A stretch of DNA of 64,000 nucleotides, from contig OZ244048.1 of NCBI GenBank assembly GCA_965215265.1, positions 2,304,001 to 2,368,000 on the forward strand, in the 5' to 3' direction. The translations under genes and the position numbers were made by a program. This document shows positions 40,874 through 51,415 of the stretch, in pieces. The notes beneath the pieces were generated by a model that worked only from the letters and a program-made list of their open reading frames with translations, was not told the origin of the DNA and ran no database searches. The first letter of the stretch is position 1, and each line of letters opens with the position of its first letter. Source of the stretch: Candidatus Poribacteria bacterium. Its GTDB lineage: Bacteria; Poribacteria; WGA-4E; WGA-3G.

Positions 40874-43318
40874 ATGACAGAAAAGAGGCAGGCCATGTTC
40901 CCTGGCGTTGAAAACGTTTTGGAGTACGATAAAATTAAGCGGTTGTTGAAGAAGTATACCGCTTCTCAGTTAGGCGCAGCGTGCGTGGATGCACTCGCCC
41001 CGTCTGACGAGTTGGACACTGTACGAAAATTGTTGAAACTCTGCAGTGAGACAAAAACCTTCCATCAACTCTACAACGGAATCCCTCTCAAAGGTTTAAA
41101 AGACATCCGCGGTTCACTAACACATGCGGCTAAGTCTGGTTCAATATTAGACGTTGACGAGCTGCTGGATGTTGCGAAAATTGCGCAGATTCCGACAGAT
41201 ATCCACAAAGCATTTTCAAAATGTAATCAATCCGAATTTCCGCATCTATTTTCTATTGTCGGTGCACTACCAAGGTTTCCTGAACTAGCAAAAACAATTT
41301 TGGATTGCATCGGTCTGGATGGTGTGTTGCTTGACCTGGCGAGTCCGGAATTGCGTGCTATCCGCCGAAAGTTGTCACGCCTCCGCGAAAATATCCATCA
41401 AAAGTTAGAGACAACGCTCCGCTCCGCCGAATACCAAAAATCAATTCAAGAATCGGTCATCACTTCCCGAAACAATCGCTATGTTCTGCCCATTAAACAA
41501 GAGGCACGCTCGTCATTTCCAGGCGTGGTGCAAGGACAATCAACAAGCGGTGCGACATTCTTTATTGAACCGCTTGCGATCGTTGAAATGAATAATGCAC
41601 TTCATGAAACAGTCGAGGCGGAACATCGTGAAATTAGACGTATCCTACTCTCCTTGACAGATGAGGTACGCGTACACCTACACGAATTGGAGCTCGCGCT
41701 AATGCTATTAGCGGAGCTGGATTTTTTAACCGCCAAGGCCCGTTTGAGTCTGGCCTTGGACGGTGTTGAACCGAGGTTAAATACCCGTGGGGTAGTGGAG
41801 CTGTTTGCAGCACGTCATCCGATACTGGAATACCATCTGCGTGAAACTGTTGCGCGTGCGGATAACAAAACCGATGCCAACGTCCCGGAACGAATTGTTC
41901 CTACAGATGTTCACATCGGAAAATCGTTTAAAACCCTCGTGATTACAGGTCCGAATACTGGTGGCAAAACCGTCGTGCTCAAAACAGTCGGGCTATTAGC
42001 GCTGATGGCACAATCCGGATTGCATATTCCGGCGGCGGCGGGGAGCCAGCTGGCTATTTTTAAGCAAATTTTCGCTGACATTGGGGATGAACAAGGAATA
42101 GAACAGAATCTAAGCACTTTTTCTTCACACATCACCAAAATCGCTGAGATGTTAAAGCGGTTGCCTGATGATAAGGGGTGCCACTCGCTCGTCCTATTGG
42201 ATGAAATCGGTGCTGGCACAGATCCGAGTGAGGGCACCGCCCTGAGCATGGCACTTCTTGATTGGCTATCGAAAAAACGTGTGAAGACTATCGTCACAAC
42301 GCATTATGGTGCGCTTAAGGCGTATGCACATACGCAAGCGGACATGGAAAACGCCTCCATGGAATTTGATTCGACGACGCTCCGTCCGACGTATCGCTTA
42401 CAAGTAGGTGTTCCGGGTAGTAGCAATGCGATAAAAATAGCGGAACAATTGGGAATTCCGGGCGAGGTGCTAAAAGCAGCACAAAAGCACCTAGGCAATA
42501 ATAGGGTTGCTGTTGAAGATCTGCTGGTGGAATTACAAAAGACAGAACGTGAGTTAGAAACAGAGCGTTTGAACCTTCAGGATAAGATTCGCGTGGCTGA
42601 GGCTGCTGCGCAGAAGCACAAAACAGTTGTTCAAAACTTGGAAACCGAACGCCGTTCGTTAATACAGAGGGCGGAAAACGAGGCACTTGAGACAGTTTCT
42701 GATGCACGTCGCACTGTAGAAACACTCATCGCCGATATCCGCAGAGAAAAAGCCTCGAAAGCGAGCATCCAATCTGCCTTTTCCAAAATTGGAGCCGCTA
42801 AAAAGCAGCTAAGACCTAAAAAATCGCCGAAGAAACCGCAGAATCTGGTTCAGCCGAAAGTCGCAGTCGGTGACAAAGTGCGTGTCAAAAAACTGAATCG
42901 GTTTGGCGAAGTTAACGCCATTGGCCAACACAGCAAGGCTCCACTTCAAATCAGCGTCGGGAATATGCAAATGCAAATCGGCTATGAGGACATTGACTAC
43001 ATTGAGCCGAAAAAAGGGCACGCCAACCTTTCAACGTCCGTTTTAGATATCCAATATAGCAAAGCCGATACAATCCAAACCGAGCTCAATGTGCGTGGCA
43101 TGGTTGTAACGGAAGCGTGGGCTGCTACAGATAAATACCTTGATGATGCCTATCTTTCGGGCTTACCAAGCGTGCGCATTCTGCATGGCAAAGGCACCGG
43201 CGCGTTGCGAAAGGCGATTCATCAGGAATTGGCGGAGCATCCACACGTCACGAAATACCAACTCGCACCACACAGTCAAGGCGGCGAGGGTGTTACAATT
43301 GTCACGTTCAAAGAGTAG
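40874..43318 (+). CDS. mutS2: Endonuclease MutS2
   Basis: ITGPNTGGKT, DIGDEQ.IEQNLSTFS, DEIGAGTDP, C-terminal Smr domain HGKGTG. Confidence 0.95.
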   Translation: MTEKRQAMFPGVENVLEYDKIKRLLKKYTASQLGAACVDALAPSDELDTVRKLLKLCSETKTFHQLYNGIPLKGLKDIRGSLTHAAKSGSILDVDELLDVAKIAQIPTDIHKAFSKCNQSEFPHLFSIVGALPRFPELAKTILDCIGLDGVLLDLASPELRAIRRKLSRLRENIHQKLETTLRSAEYQKSIQESVITSRNNRYVLPIKQEARSSFPGVVQGQSTSGATFFIEPLAIVEMNNALHETVEAEHREIRRILLSLTDEVRVHLHELELALMLLAELDFLTAKARLSLALDGVEPRLNTRGVVELFAARHPILEYHLRETVARADNKTDANVPERIVPTDVHIGKSFKTLVITGPNTGGKTVVLKTVGLLALMAQSGLHIPAAAGSQLAIFKQIFADIGDEQGIEQNLSTFSSHITKIAEMLKRLPDDKGCHSLVLLDEIGAGTDPSEGTALSMALLDWLSKKRVKTIVTTHYGALKAYAHTQADMENASMEFDSTTLRPTYRLQVGVPGSSNAIKIAEQLGIPGEVLKAAQKHLGNNRVAVEDLLVELQKTERELETERLNLQDKIRVAEAAAQKHKTVVQNLETERRSLIQRAENEALETVSDARRTVETLIADIRREKASKASIQSAFSKIGAAKKQLRPKKSPKKPQNLVQPKVAVGDKVRVKKLNRFGEVNAIGQHSKAPLQISVGNMQMQIGYEDIDYIEPKKGHANLSTSVLDIQYSKADTIQTELNVRGMVVTEAWAATDKYLDDAYLSGLPSVRILHGKGTGALRKAIHQELAEHPHVTKYQLAPHSQGGEGVTIVTFKE

Positions 43319-43420
43319 TTTCACTTTTTTCTACGGTGTGCTCAGTGGATTTTCCGATAATTCTACAATGGTGTTAATTTACTGAGAAAATACAGTCCAT
43401 TATTCCCGACAGGTACCCAG

Positions 43421-45244
43421 GTGAGGGAAAAGAGCGTGAACCTAACTCGGACAAAAAACCAAATTCCGCGCGAAATCATTGAGGAAATTCAGCACGGGAG
43501 CGATATTGTTGAAGTGATTTCCGAATGCGGTATCCCGCTGCGCCCCGCCGGCCGTAATTACAAAGGGCTCTGTCCGTTCCACGATGAAAAGACACCGTCC
43601 TTTACTGTGTCTGTGGATAAGCAGATTTTTTATTGCTTCGGTTGCCAAACCGGTGGCAATGTTATCTCTTTTGTCCAAAAGCATGAGGGTAAAACCTTTG
43701 TTGAGAGCGTGGAGTGGTTAGCAGGGCGGTTGAATATTTCGCTGCCGAATCAGGATGTGCGTGACAGTGCGAACCGCAAAAGGGTTACGTCACTTGAAGA
43801 GCTCAATAAGTTCGCGATAGCATACTATCACCGCCAGCTTCTCACAGAAAGCGTAAGCGGACATGCACGCCAGTATCTGCATCATCGCGGGGTCCAGCCG
43901 AAAACGGTGCGGTTGTTTCAACTCGGATATGCCAAGTCGATGCACCGTGACTTCGTAAAAGCCGCAACAGACACAGGCTTTACTATCCAGCAATTAGTTG
44001 ATGCAGGGCTAATTAAGGATGATGCCCACGGTCCCCAAGACCGGTTTTGGAATCGACTCCTTTTTCCTATTCATAATGAACGTGGTGTACCCGTCGGTTT
44101 CGGTGCCCGTGCACTCACTGAAGAGCAGCAGCCAAAATACTTGAATTCGCCTGAGACAATTCTGTATAATAAAAGCAATGTTCTTTATAATCTGGACAAA
44201 GCACGGCAAGCCATCTATAAAAAACAGGCTGCGCTTCTGGTTGAAGGGTATATGGATGCGTTGATGCTCTACCAACATGGCGTTGAGAACGTCGTAGCCT
44301 CTTCAGGTACCGCACTCAGTGAAAACCAGGCAAATTTGCTAAAAAGGTTCACATCCGAGGCTATCATAGTTTATGACGGGGATGCTTCTGGTTTCCAAGC
44401 AGCACAGCGCGGTTTACAGCGTTTATTGGGGGCCGGCTTACAAGTTCGCATAGCACTACTGCCAGAAAAAGAAGATCCGGATTCCTTTGTGCGGAAGCAC
44501 GGCAATCATGCATTTACACAACTCCTAGACAAAGCGGTGAACCTGATTGAATTTCAGATTCAAACCGCTATCCAACAGCGGAACATTCAACAAATTGATG
44601 TGAAAATGCAAATTGTCAAAGAAATTAGTACCATATTGCTGAATCTTCAAAACCGTGTAGAACGACGTGAGTACATTAAATATGCAGTGCGCGAGCTGGA
44701 TGTTGATGCAGCGCTACTTTGGCACGAGCTGCGTGAGTTAGGACTCAAAGAAGCCCCTGCCCCCTATCGCACTAAAGCGAAGCAACCCAAGGAAAAATTA
44801 TCAACGAGACAGCAAATTGAGGCACAACTGATTGAAGTACTCATCCAAAACCCGGAGCTGCTGCCAGAGATTAAATCGCAATTTCACTATAACGATTTGA
44901 CAGAACCACACTTCGCACAAATTGCGCAATTGCTGTGGCAGAGAAGTACGGAAAACGAAACATTTGATATTCAAAACCTCCTCAACGAGTGTCCTGCTGA
45001 AGAGTTAAGAGCGCTAATTTCAAACGTACTCGTCTCCAAAACGCCGCCGCCTAACCCACGGGCAAGAGCAGAAGGATGCCTCAAAAAACTAAGACATTTT
45101 CTCTTAAAAGATATTGAACAGCGTGTCCGTTCAAACGCACTTGCTGAGGGGGCAGATGAACTTGAAACGCTTAAGGAACTTGTTGAACTCTCTAATCAGA
45201 GACGTGCCTTGACAGAGCAACCGCTTCATAAATCAGAGTTGTAA
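43421..45244 (+). CDS. dnaG: DNA primase
   Basis: CPFH.EKTPSF...CFGC zinc finger, PKYLNSPET, VEGYMD, YDGD, DPD. Confidence 0.97.
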   Translation: MREKSVNLTRTKNQIPREIIEEIQHGSDIVEVISECGIPLRPAGRNYKGLCPFHDEKTPSFTVSVDKQIFYCFGCQTGGNVISFVQKHEGKTFVESVEWLAGRLNISLPNQDVRDSANRKRVTSLEELNKFAIAYYHRQLLTESVSGHARQYLHHRGVQPKTVRLFQLGYAKSMHRDFVKAATDTGFTIQQLVDAGLIKDDAHGPQDRFWNRLLFPIHNERGVPVGFGARALTEEQQPKYLNSPETILYNKSNVLYNLDKARQAIYKKQAALLVEGYMDALMLYQHGVENVVASSGTALSENQANLLKRFTSEAIIVYDGDASGFQAAQRGLQRLLGAGLQVRIALLPEKEDPDSFVRKHGNHAFTQLLDKAVNLIEFQIQTAIQQRNIQQIDVKMQIVKEISTILLNLQNRVERREYIKYAVRELDVDAALLWHELRELGLKEAPAPYRTKAKQPKEKLSTRQQIEAQLIEVLIQNPELLPEIKSQFHYNDLTEPHFAQIAQLLWQRSTENETFDIQNLLNECPAEELRALISNVLVSKTPPPNPRARAEGCLKKLRHFLLKDIEQRVRSNALAEGADELETLKELVELSNQRRALTEQPLHKSEL

Positions 45245-45306
45245 AAAATTTAAATTACCCAATCAGAACGTAATTAAATTTTTTAATTTTCAGAAAAAGG
45301 AGTTAA

Positions 45307-46860
45307 TTGACGATGGATTTCAGAGACCACCTTCCTCTCGAGTTTCTTGAAACCGACGGTACGGATGAAATGGAATATGAGGAGGACATAGATCTGTCCC
45401 TACAGTATCCCAGTTATACCGACGACCCGGTAAAAGTGTATATGCGCGAAATGGGTAAATTTCCGTTGCTCGATAAAACACAGGAGGTCGAACTGGCTAA
45501 AAAGATTGAGGTTGGCTACCGGACTGCCCAGAAAGCCACCTTCGGCACACGTATCGCTATTACTGAGATTCGGAAACTCCTTTATAAAATCTCGACCGTC
45601 AAAAAGCGCGCATCAGATATTATAGATATGTCGGTCTCGAGTACCTCGACGCAGAACAAGGAGCGGAAGCTGCGTGACCAGGTTAAGAAAGCGTTAAACA
45701 CGATAGAAAAACTAGAGGCTGAACGGATTACGAAACTGCTTACGGCTCCTGCTGGCAAGGGTACAGGTTCTTCTAAAACATCGAAAATCAAGTGGAATGG
45801 ATCCAAGAAGTTAATCACGACAATAGAGAAGCTGAAAATAGATCGCGAAGAGATTAGCAAAATCTCCGATATTGTTAAACAGGCTGAGCACAAGATTAGC
45901 CATTGGGAACAGGAAATCTGCCGCCTTATGCGGTTGCATGAGATACCGGAGACGATGCTTGCACAGCCGCCGCCTGCAGATTTTCACTTCAAAACGGAGA
46001 AAGCCAAACACGCTTATATAGAGGCGATTCGTCTCCGACGCTATATTCAGCAACACATGAAGGAAATCGGTGTCTCACGCAGCGAGCTCAAACGTCTGAC
46101 GCAGCAGATTGATAAGGGGGAGACGGACGCGCAAGATGCGAAAATGGCGATAGTTGAATCGAATCTCCGGCTTGTTGTCAGTATCGCAAAAAAATATAGG
46201 CACCGCGCCTCCGGCCTTGAATTCCTTGACTTGATTCAAGAAGGTAACATCGGTTTGATGCGTGCCGTGGACAAATTTGACTACCAACGCGGCTATAAGT
46301 TTAGCACTTATGCAACTTGGTGGATTCGACAAGGTATCACACGGGCTATTGCAGACCAAGGGCGTACTATCCGACTGCCTGTCCATATGCACGAACGAAT
46401 TAACAAAATCCGACGAGTCCAACGTTCACTCATACAAGAATTAGGGTGTGAACCAACTATTGAGCAGATCGCCGCGGATATCGACATTCCACTCAGTAAA
46501 GTCAATGAAGCACTCGGTGTGGCTCCCGAGGCAGTCTCTTTAGAGGCACCGATCGGGGAGGACGATGACAATTCACTAGGCGAATTCATTGAGGATACAA
46601 CGCTCAATTCACCGGTCCGAGACACCGAATTGAGCATGCTTAAAGAACAGATCCAAGAAGTGCTTTCTGACTTGACCGACCGTGAGCGGACGGTCATCGT
46701 TCTACGTTTCGGCATTGAAGGTGGCTATCCGAAAACGCTTGAAGAAGTCGGCCGTATGTTTAATGTTACGCGCGAACGCATCCGGCAAATAGAAGCGAAA
46801 GCACTCCGCAAACTACGCCATCCGAGACGTAGCAGGAAATTGCGGGACTTTATTAATTAA
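45307..46860 (+). CDS. rpoD: RNA polymerase primary sigma factor
   Basis: [51 protein letters not shown]; follows dnaG. Confidence 0.95.
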   Translation: MTMDFRDHLPLEFLETDGTDEMEYEEDIDLSLQYPSYTDDPVKVYMREMGKFPLLDKTQEVELAKKIEVGYRTAQKATFGTRIAITEIRKLLYKISTVKKRASDIIDMSVSSTSTQNKERKLRDQVKKALNTIEKLEAERITKLLTAPAGKGTGSSKTSKIKWNGSKKLITTIEKLKIDREEISKISDIVKQAEHKISHWEQEICRLMRLHEIPETMLAQPPPADFHFKTEKAKHAYIEAIRLRRYIQQHMKEIGVSRSELKRLTQQIDKGETDAQDAKMAIVESNLRLVVSIAKKYRHRASGLEFLDLIQEGNIGLMRAVDKFDYQRGYKFSTYATWWIRQGITRAIADQGRTIRLPVHMHERINKIRRVQRSLIQELGCEPTIEQIAADIDIPLSKVNEALGVAPEAVSLEAPIGEDDDNSLGEFIEDTTLNSPVRDTELSMLKEQIQEVLSDLTDRERTVIVLRFGIEGGYPKTLEEVGRMFNVTRERIRQIEAKALRKLRHPRRSRKLRDFIN

Positions 46861-46972
46861 CTAATATACCTCCTTTCATAAATGCTTATATAACGGAATA
46901 CCCGTGATTTGGATTGATAAAAATTTGCTTTTTCCTTAAAAATAGCGTATAATTCTGCATAGTAAACGATAA

Positions 46973-47045
46973 GGGCCCATAGCTCAGTGGTCAGAGCCGC
47001 CGGCTCATAACCGGCTGGTCCTAGGTTCGAGTCCTAGTGGGCCCA
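46973..47045 (+). tRNA. tRNA with CAT anticodon, probably tRNA-Ile2
   Basis: Cloverleaf, ccgg-ct-CAT-aa-ccgg; GGGCCCA acceptor stem resembles Ile2; located after rpoD. Confidence 0.85.
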
Positions 47046-47137
47046 TCTCTTTAAGGGTAAATCGCGCAATAAGCTCACGTGAGATGTGACAAGGATTCCC
47101 TAAAAACAGTCCTGACTACTTAAATGCATGAAAAAAT

Positions 47138-47210
47138 GGGGCGTTAGCTCAGGGGTACGAGCGCTACCTTCACACGGTAGAAGTCACTGGTTCAAATCCA
47201 GTACGCCCCA
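47138..47210 (+). tRNA. tRNA-Val(CAC)
   Basis: Cloverleaf, ctacc-tt-CAC-ac-ggtag. Confidence 0.93.
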
Positions 47211-47321
47211 TCATTTTAACCAAGTTAACCAAGTTAACCAAGGTGCCAGCCGTGAAATTCTAAAAATTATTATGACAGCCTCTGCTGCTACCGTGGTATA
47301 AGAATTTATCAGGAGAAAGAG

Positions 47322-48428
47322 ATGGCTCAGGAAGCAGGACTGACACCGGCGTGTTCTAGGAGATCTGCCATATCAGCCGAATTTGTGCAGGCAGGTATCC
47401 GTGCAATTGATTGCGATATTCACAACGAAGTGCCCTCGTTACAAACGCTCTTTCGGTATATGTCTGATTTCTGGTGCGACTACTGTAGTAATTCTGGATT
47501 CCGGGGGCCCGATGCAAACGATTATCCACGTGGTGCACCAATAACAACACATCCGGATGCGACACCGCCCTGGGAAATCGATTTGCCCCATATCCGTGAA
47601 CGTTTACTTGACGGCTGGAATCTTGAGTACGGTATCCTGAATTGCGCGTATCGAGTCCAGAGCGTCCATAACCCGGATCTGGCGGCGGCGATTGCTCAAG
47701 CGATAAACGATTGGCAAATAGAGTCATGGTTAGACCCGGAGCCGAGGCTCCGGGCATCCGTTGTTATCCCGAGCCAGATTCCGGACCTCGCTGCGAGGGA
47801 AATTGAACGGGTAGGCGAACATCCGGGGTTTGTGCAAGTGATAATGCCGGTTCGTTCACGGACCCCGTACGGCAACCGCCTGTACCACCCAATTTATGAA
47901 GCCGCTGTCCGGCATCAGCTTGCGGTCGGTATTCATTACGGGGGTGCCCCCGGCAACCAGCCCTCACCGACAGGATGGCCCTCAACTTATCTGGAAGAAT
48001 ATGCCGGAATGACGCAGGTATTCCAAGCACAAGTTATCAGTCTCGTCGCAGAGGGAATTTTCGACCAGTTTCCGGAGCTCCGTGTTGTCATGATTGAAAG
48101 CGGTTTTACGTGGCTGCCAGCTGTGATGTGGCGTATTGATAAAGAATGGCGTGGACTCCGAAACAACACCCCATGGCTTAGGCGCCCGCCTTCGCACTAT
48201 ATGCGCGAACATATTCGGTTTACTTTACAACCTATTGATTCACCACCCAATCCGAAACAACTCCTGCAGATAATTGGGCAGCTGGAATCCGAAGAGATGC
48301 TGATGTTTTCAACAGATTATCCGCATTGGCAGTTTGATACACCGAATGATGCACTCCCCTCAGAATTGCCCGGGCAGCTCGCCCGTAAAATTCTGAGTGA
48401 AAATGCACGCGCGTTCTACCAACTCTGA
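47322..48428 (+). CDS. Amidohydrolase-2 family protein (AibH1/PtmU3-like oxygenase subunit)
   Basis: IDCDIH, GIH.GG, IESGF.W, FSTDYPHW. Confidence 0.8.
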   Translation: MAQEAGLTPACSRRSAISAEFVQAGIRAIDCDIHNEVPSLQTLFRYMSDFWCDYCSNSGFRGPDANDYPRGAPITTHPDATPPWEIDLPHIRERLLDGWNLEYGILNCAYRVQSVHNPDLAAAIAQAINDWQIESWLDPEPRLRASVVIPSQIPDLAAREIERVGEHPGFVQVIMPVRSRTPYGNRLYHPIYEAAVRHQLAVGIHYGGAPGNQPSPTGWPSTYLEEYAGMTQVFQAQVISLVAEGIFDQFPELRVVMIESGFTWLPAVMWRIDKEWRGLRNNTPWLRRPPSHYMREHIRFTLQPIDSPPNPKQLLQIIGQLESEEMLMFSTDYPHWQFDTPNDALPSELPGQLARKILSENARAFYQL

Positions 48429-48445
48429 ATCGGAGGCAAAATAGT

Positions 48446-49555
48446 ATGGAAAACACTTCAAACTTAGAACGCACCCTGAATTCTGACAAGCAAGTATTGA
48501 AACATGAGAGTTCTATCATCGATTGCGACATCCACAATTCTGTGCCACCTGGCGGATTGTCGCCGTATCTATCGAAGAAATGGCAAGAGCATCACGCGCA
48601 ATTTGGACTCCGCGGCCGTATTGGCGGTTACTATCCCCGCGCACTCTTAAACGCCGCACGACACGACGCATGGCCGCCCTCCGGACTTTCACCCGGGGCT
48701 GACTTGGAGTTCATGCAGGAACAACTGCTAGATGCCTGGCAGATTGAATACGGCGTGCTTAATCCTTTAATACCTGTCGGCGAACAGTTGAACTTAGCAT
48801 ACGGGGCTGCGCTCGCACAGGCAGTTAACGAATGGCAAATTGCCTCCTGGGTCGAGCCGGAGCAGCGTTTGCGTGCCTCTATTGTTGTTACGTATGAAGA
48901 TGGGGAATTAGCAGCCGAAGAAATCCATCGCTGCGGGCCACATCCGGGGTTCGTCCAAATTTTGCTCATTGCGCGTACGAAAGACCCGCTCGGAAACCGA
49001 AAATATTGGAAAATCTACGAGGCGGCGGTTGAGTACGACCTCCCCATAGGTATACACTTTGGGGGCATCGCTGGACCGATCACGGGTACAGGCTGGCCGT
49101 CATATTACATTGAGGACCACGGTGGAATGCCGCAAGCCTTTCACACGCAGGTCAGCAGTTATGTATGCGAAGGCGTTTTTGACCGGTTCCCAACGCTCAA
49201 AATTGTACTGATTGAGGGTGGATTCGCTTGGCTCCCGCCTCTAATGTGGCGACTTGACGCAACGTGGACGAAACTCCAAAGCGAGATCCCAGAACTCCGC
49301 CGTAAACCATCCGAATACATCCGAGACCACTTCTGGCTCAGCACACAACCCATGGAAGAACCACCGAAACGCGAGTATTTTGAACAGTTGCTCGAACAGA
49401 TGGACATGAATGATAAACTCATGTTCGCGACAGATTATCCTCATTGGGATTTCGACGCACCTGACCGGGCACTGCCGAATTTCCTAAAACCGGAATTGCG
49501 ACGGCGGATTCTAGCGGATAATGCCCGCACACTCTATCAATTTGAGAAAAATTAA
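48446..49555 (+). CDS. Amidohydrolase-2 family protein (AibH2/PtmU3-like oxygenase subunit)
   Basis: IDCDIH, YIEDH, IEGGFAW, TQPMEEP, ATDYPHWDFD. Confidence 0.8.
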   Translation: MENTSNLERTLNSDKQVLKHESSIIDCDIHNSVPPGGLSPYLSKKWQEHHAQFGLRGRIGGYYPRALLNAARHDAWPPSGLSPGADLEFMQEQLLDAWQIEYGVLNPLIPVGEQLNLAYGAALAQAVNEWQIASWVEPEQRLRASIVVTYEDGELAAEEIHRCGPHPGFVQILLIARTKDPLGNRKYWKIYEAAVEYDLPIGIHFGGIAGPITGTGWPSYYIEDHGGMPQAFHTQVSSYVCEGVFDRFPTLKIVLIEGGFAWLPPLMWRLDATWTKLQSEIPELRRKPSEYIRDHFWLSTQPMEEPPKREYFEQLLEQMDMNDKLMFATDYPHWDFDAPDRALPNFLKPELRRRILADNARTLYQFEKN

Positions 49556-49624
49556 GAACATAAGAGATTTTCAACGCAGTGCTATTGCCTCAGAAACTAG
49601 ACGATGCTGAAACAGACAAAAAAA

Positions 49625-50062
49625 ATGGCTAAGTACGTAGTTGCAACTCCAGACGAAATCCCGCCCGGTGAACGTAAAATTGTTGATATCGGGGGGCGTT
49701 CCATCGGCATTTTTAATATTGACGGCGAATACTTCGCCATCCGGAACAGCTGTCCACACCAAGGTGGCCCGCTGTGTAAGGGGCACGTCACCGGCTTCTT
49801 AGAATCCCCTGCACCCGGAACCTATAACTATATCCGCAAGGGCGAATTTCTACGCTGCCCGTGGCACAATTGGGAATTTGACATCAAAACCGGACAGTCG
49901 TGGTGGAACCCCACACAGCGACGCGTCCGAAAATACGATGTCCATGTAGAGAGCGGAGAACAGATTGAGGCTGCCACGTCCGAACCAGAAAAAGGACCTT
50001 ACCGGGCAGATACGTTTCCTGTCACCGTTGAACAGCAGTACCTCGTCATTGAAATTGGGTAA
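49625..50062 (+). CDS. Rieske (2Fe-2S) ferredoxin
   Basis: CPHQGGPL ... RCPWH.WEF. Confidence 0.92.
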   Translation: MAKYVVATPDEIPPGERKIVDIGGRSIGIFNIDGEYFAIRNSCPHQGGPLCKGHVTGFLESPAPGTYNYIRKGEFLRCPWHNWEFDIKTGQSWWNPTQRRVRKYDVHVESGEQIEAATSEPEKGPYRADTFPVTVEQQYLVIEIG

Positions 50063-50234
50063 TCTCAAGCGTTTTTTGTCGTATAATTCATGTTAATCGG
50101 AATCAGGACGAGAATCTTCCGAAGGTGACGAAAAAAAAGTGCGAAAATGGCTTGACTATTAATCCGAATTTGTGCTAAAATCGGTAATAACAGTGGAAAA
50201 CTTGCTTTCTCTCAATTTTTTTTGCAAAAAAAGG

Positions 50235-50305
50235 TTGACAATTTTGTAATTTTGTCGTATAATTCATGTTAAAAGGTTGACAACTTTGTAATTTTGTCGT
50301 ATAAT
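50235..50305 (+). promoter_or_regulatory. Two tandem consensus sigma70 promoters (42-bp duplication)
   Basis: TTGACA-N17-TATAAT at 50235-50263 and 50277-50305. Confidence 0.8.
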
Positions 50306-50351
50306 TCATGTTAATCGGAATCAGGACGAGAATCTTCCGAAGGTGACGACC

Positions 50352-50555
50352 ATGAAAATCACGCACGCAGAGCTGCACATCAACAGAGCGATCGGTTTCT
50401 CCGTGATACAACGCGGCGGCACCCCAAACGGGGCTGCGTCCTGCTTCGCTGCTAAGGCAGCGTCGCGATATGGTGATTACGGCTACTTCACATCTGTTCA
50501 CTATACTCCGATTACCCCCCCCCTTCAAATTTTCTATTTTGTAACAAATCGTTAA
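50352..50555 (+). CDS. Short hypothetical / leader ORF containing a C9 tract
   Basis: AAGGTGA RBS then ATG directly downstream of the tandem promoters; no recognisable domain. Confidence 0.35.
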   Translation: MKITHAELHINRAIGFSVIQRGGTPNGAASCFAAKAASRYGDYGYFTSVHYTPITPPLQIFYFVTNR

Positions 50556-50923
50556 ATATAGAACTTGACAGTGTCGGCACTTACTGTCGGCCTGTCTCTG
50601 TTGTGCCTGCACGTGCTCTCTCTCGTATGATGGGGCTCGCTGTGGGCTCTTTCTGTTGTCATGACTGTAATATGCGGACTCAATTTGATCTACTCAGAGA
50701 TCAAATTGGATATTGTCCGCTGCATGTTTTCCTGCCAACGCCACGGTTGCAACTGTTTCCATCGTTACCGTTTGATGAAAAATACGACAGCACCCGCACG
50801 TTGGCAGCTGTTTTTAACTGGAGTCGGCGTAATCTCTTTAACATATGCAGAGGATTATGCTGAAATATTCTGTCTGATTCTGAATTAGACAGTAGGCTAG
50901 TGACAAACTAAAAGGAGTTTACC

Positions 50924-51250
50924 ATGCTAACTTGCAGATTAGTCCGAATCGTATGCCATAAGCAAGAGGATTGGACCGGCGACGATTCTCCGTACATCAA
51001 GATTAACGGCGAGATCGTCTGGGGTCCGAAAGATATGGATGCCGGACAAACACGCGAAATTCACCGTGGTTACCAATTCCTTCACCGGGCTAAGGTAGTC
51101 CTATATGAGGACGATGCCTGGGATGAGGATGATTTCCTTGGTGAACACGTTCTTACACGAGCAGATGTAGGCACAGGGCTCCAGGAGTTGGCGTTCAGAG
51201 AAGATGACGCTAATTATTCAATATGGGTAGAGGTGCTCTCTAATCGGTAA
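50924..51250 (+). CDS. Small acidic hypothetical protein (C2-like beta sandwich)
   Basis: AAGGAG RBS; EDWTGDDSPYI, LYEDDAWDEDDFLG acidic loops. Confidence 0.65.
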   Translation: MLTCRLVRIVCHKQEDWTGDDSPYIKINGEIVWGPKDMDAGQTREIHRGYQFLHRAKVVLYEDDAWDEDDFLGEHVLTRADVGTGLQELAFREDDANYSIWVEVLSNR

Positions 51251-51415
51251 AAACGTCTCCATTCTCCGTTGCGGTGGGTGTGCCGAAGAGATTGGCAAAT
51301 GCCCACCGCAACTAACATCTCTGAAGTATACGTGGGCGGGGGGACACACTCTCTCGCCTCTACACAAAGTAGGGAACCCATGCCGTGGGTTCCCGCATCA
51401 AAAAGGAGGATTCCG

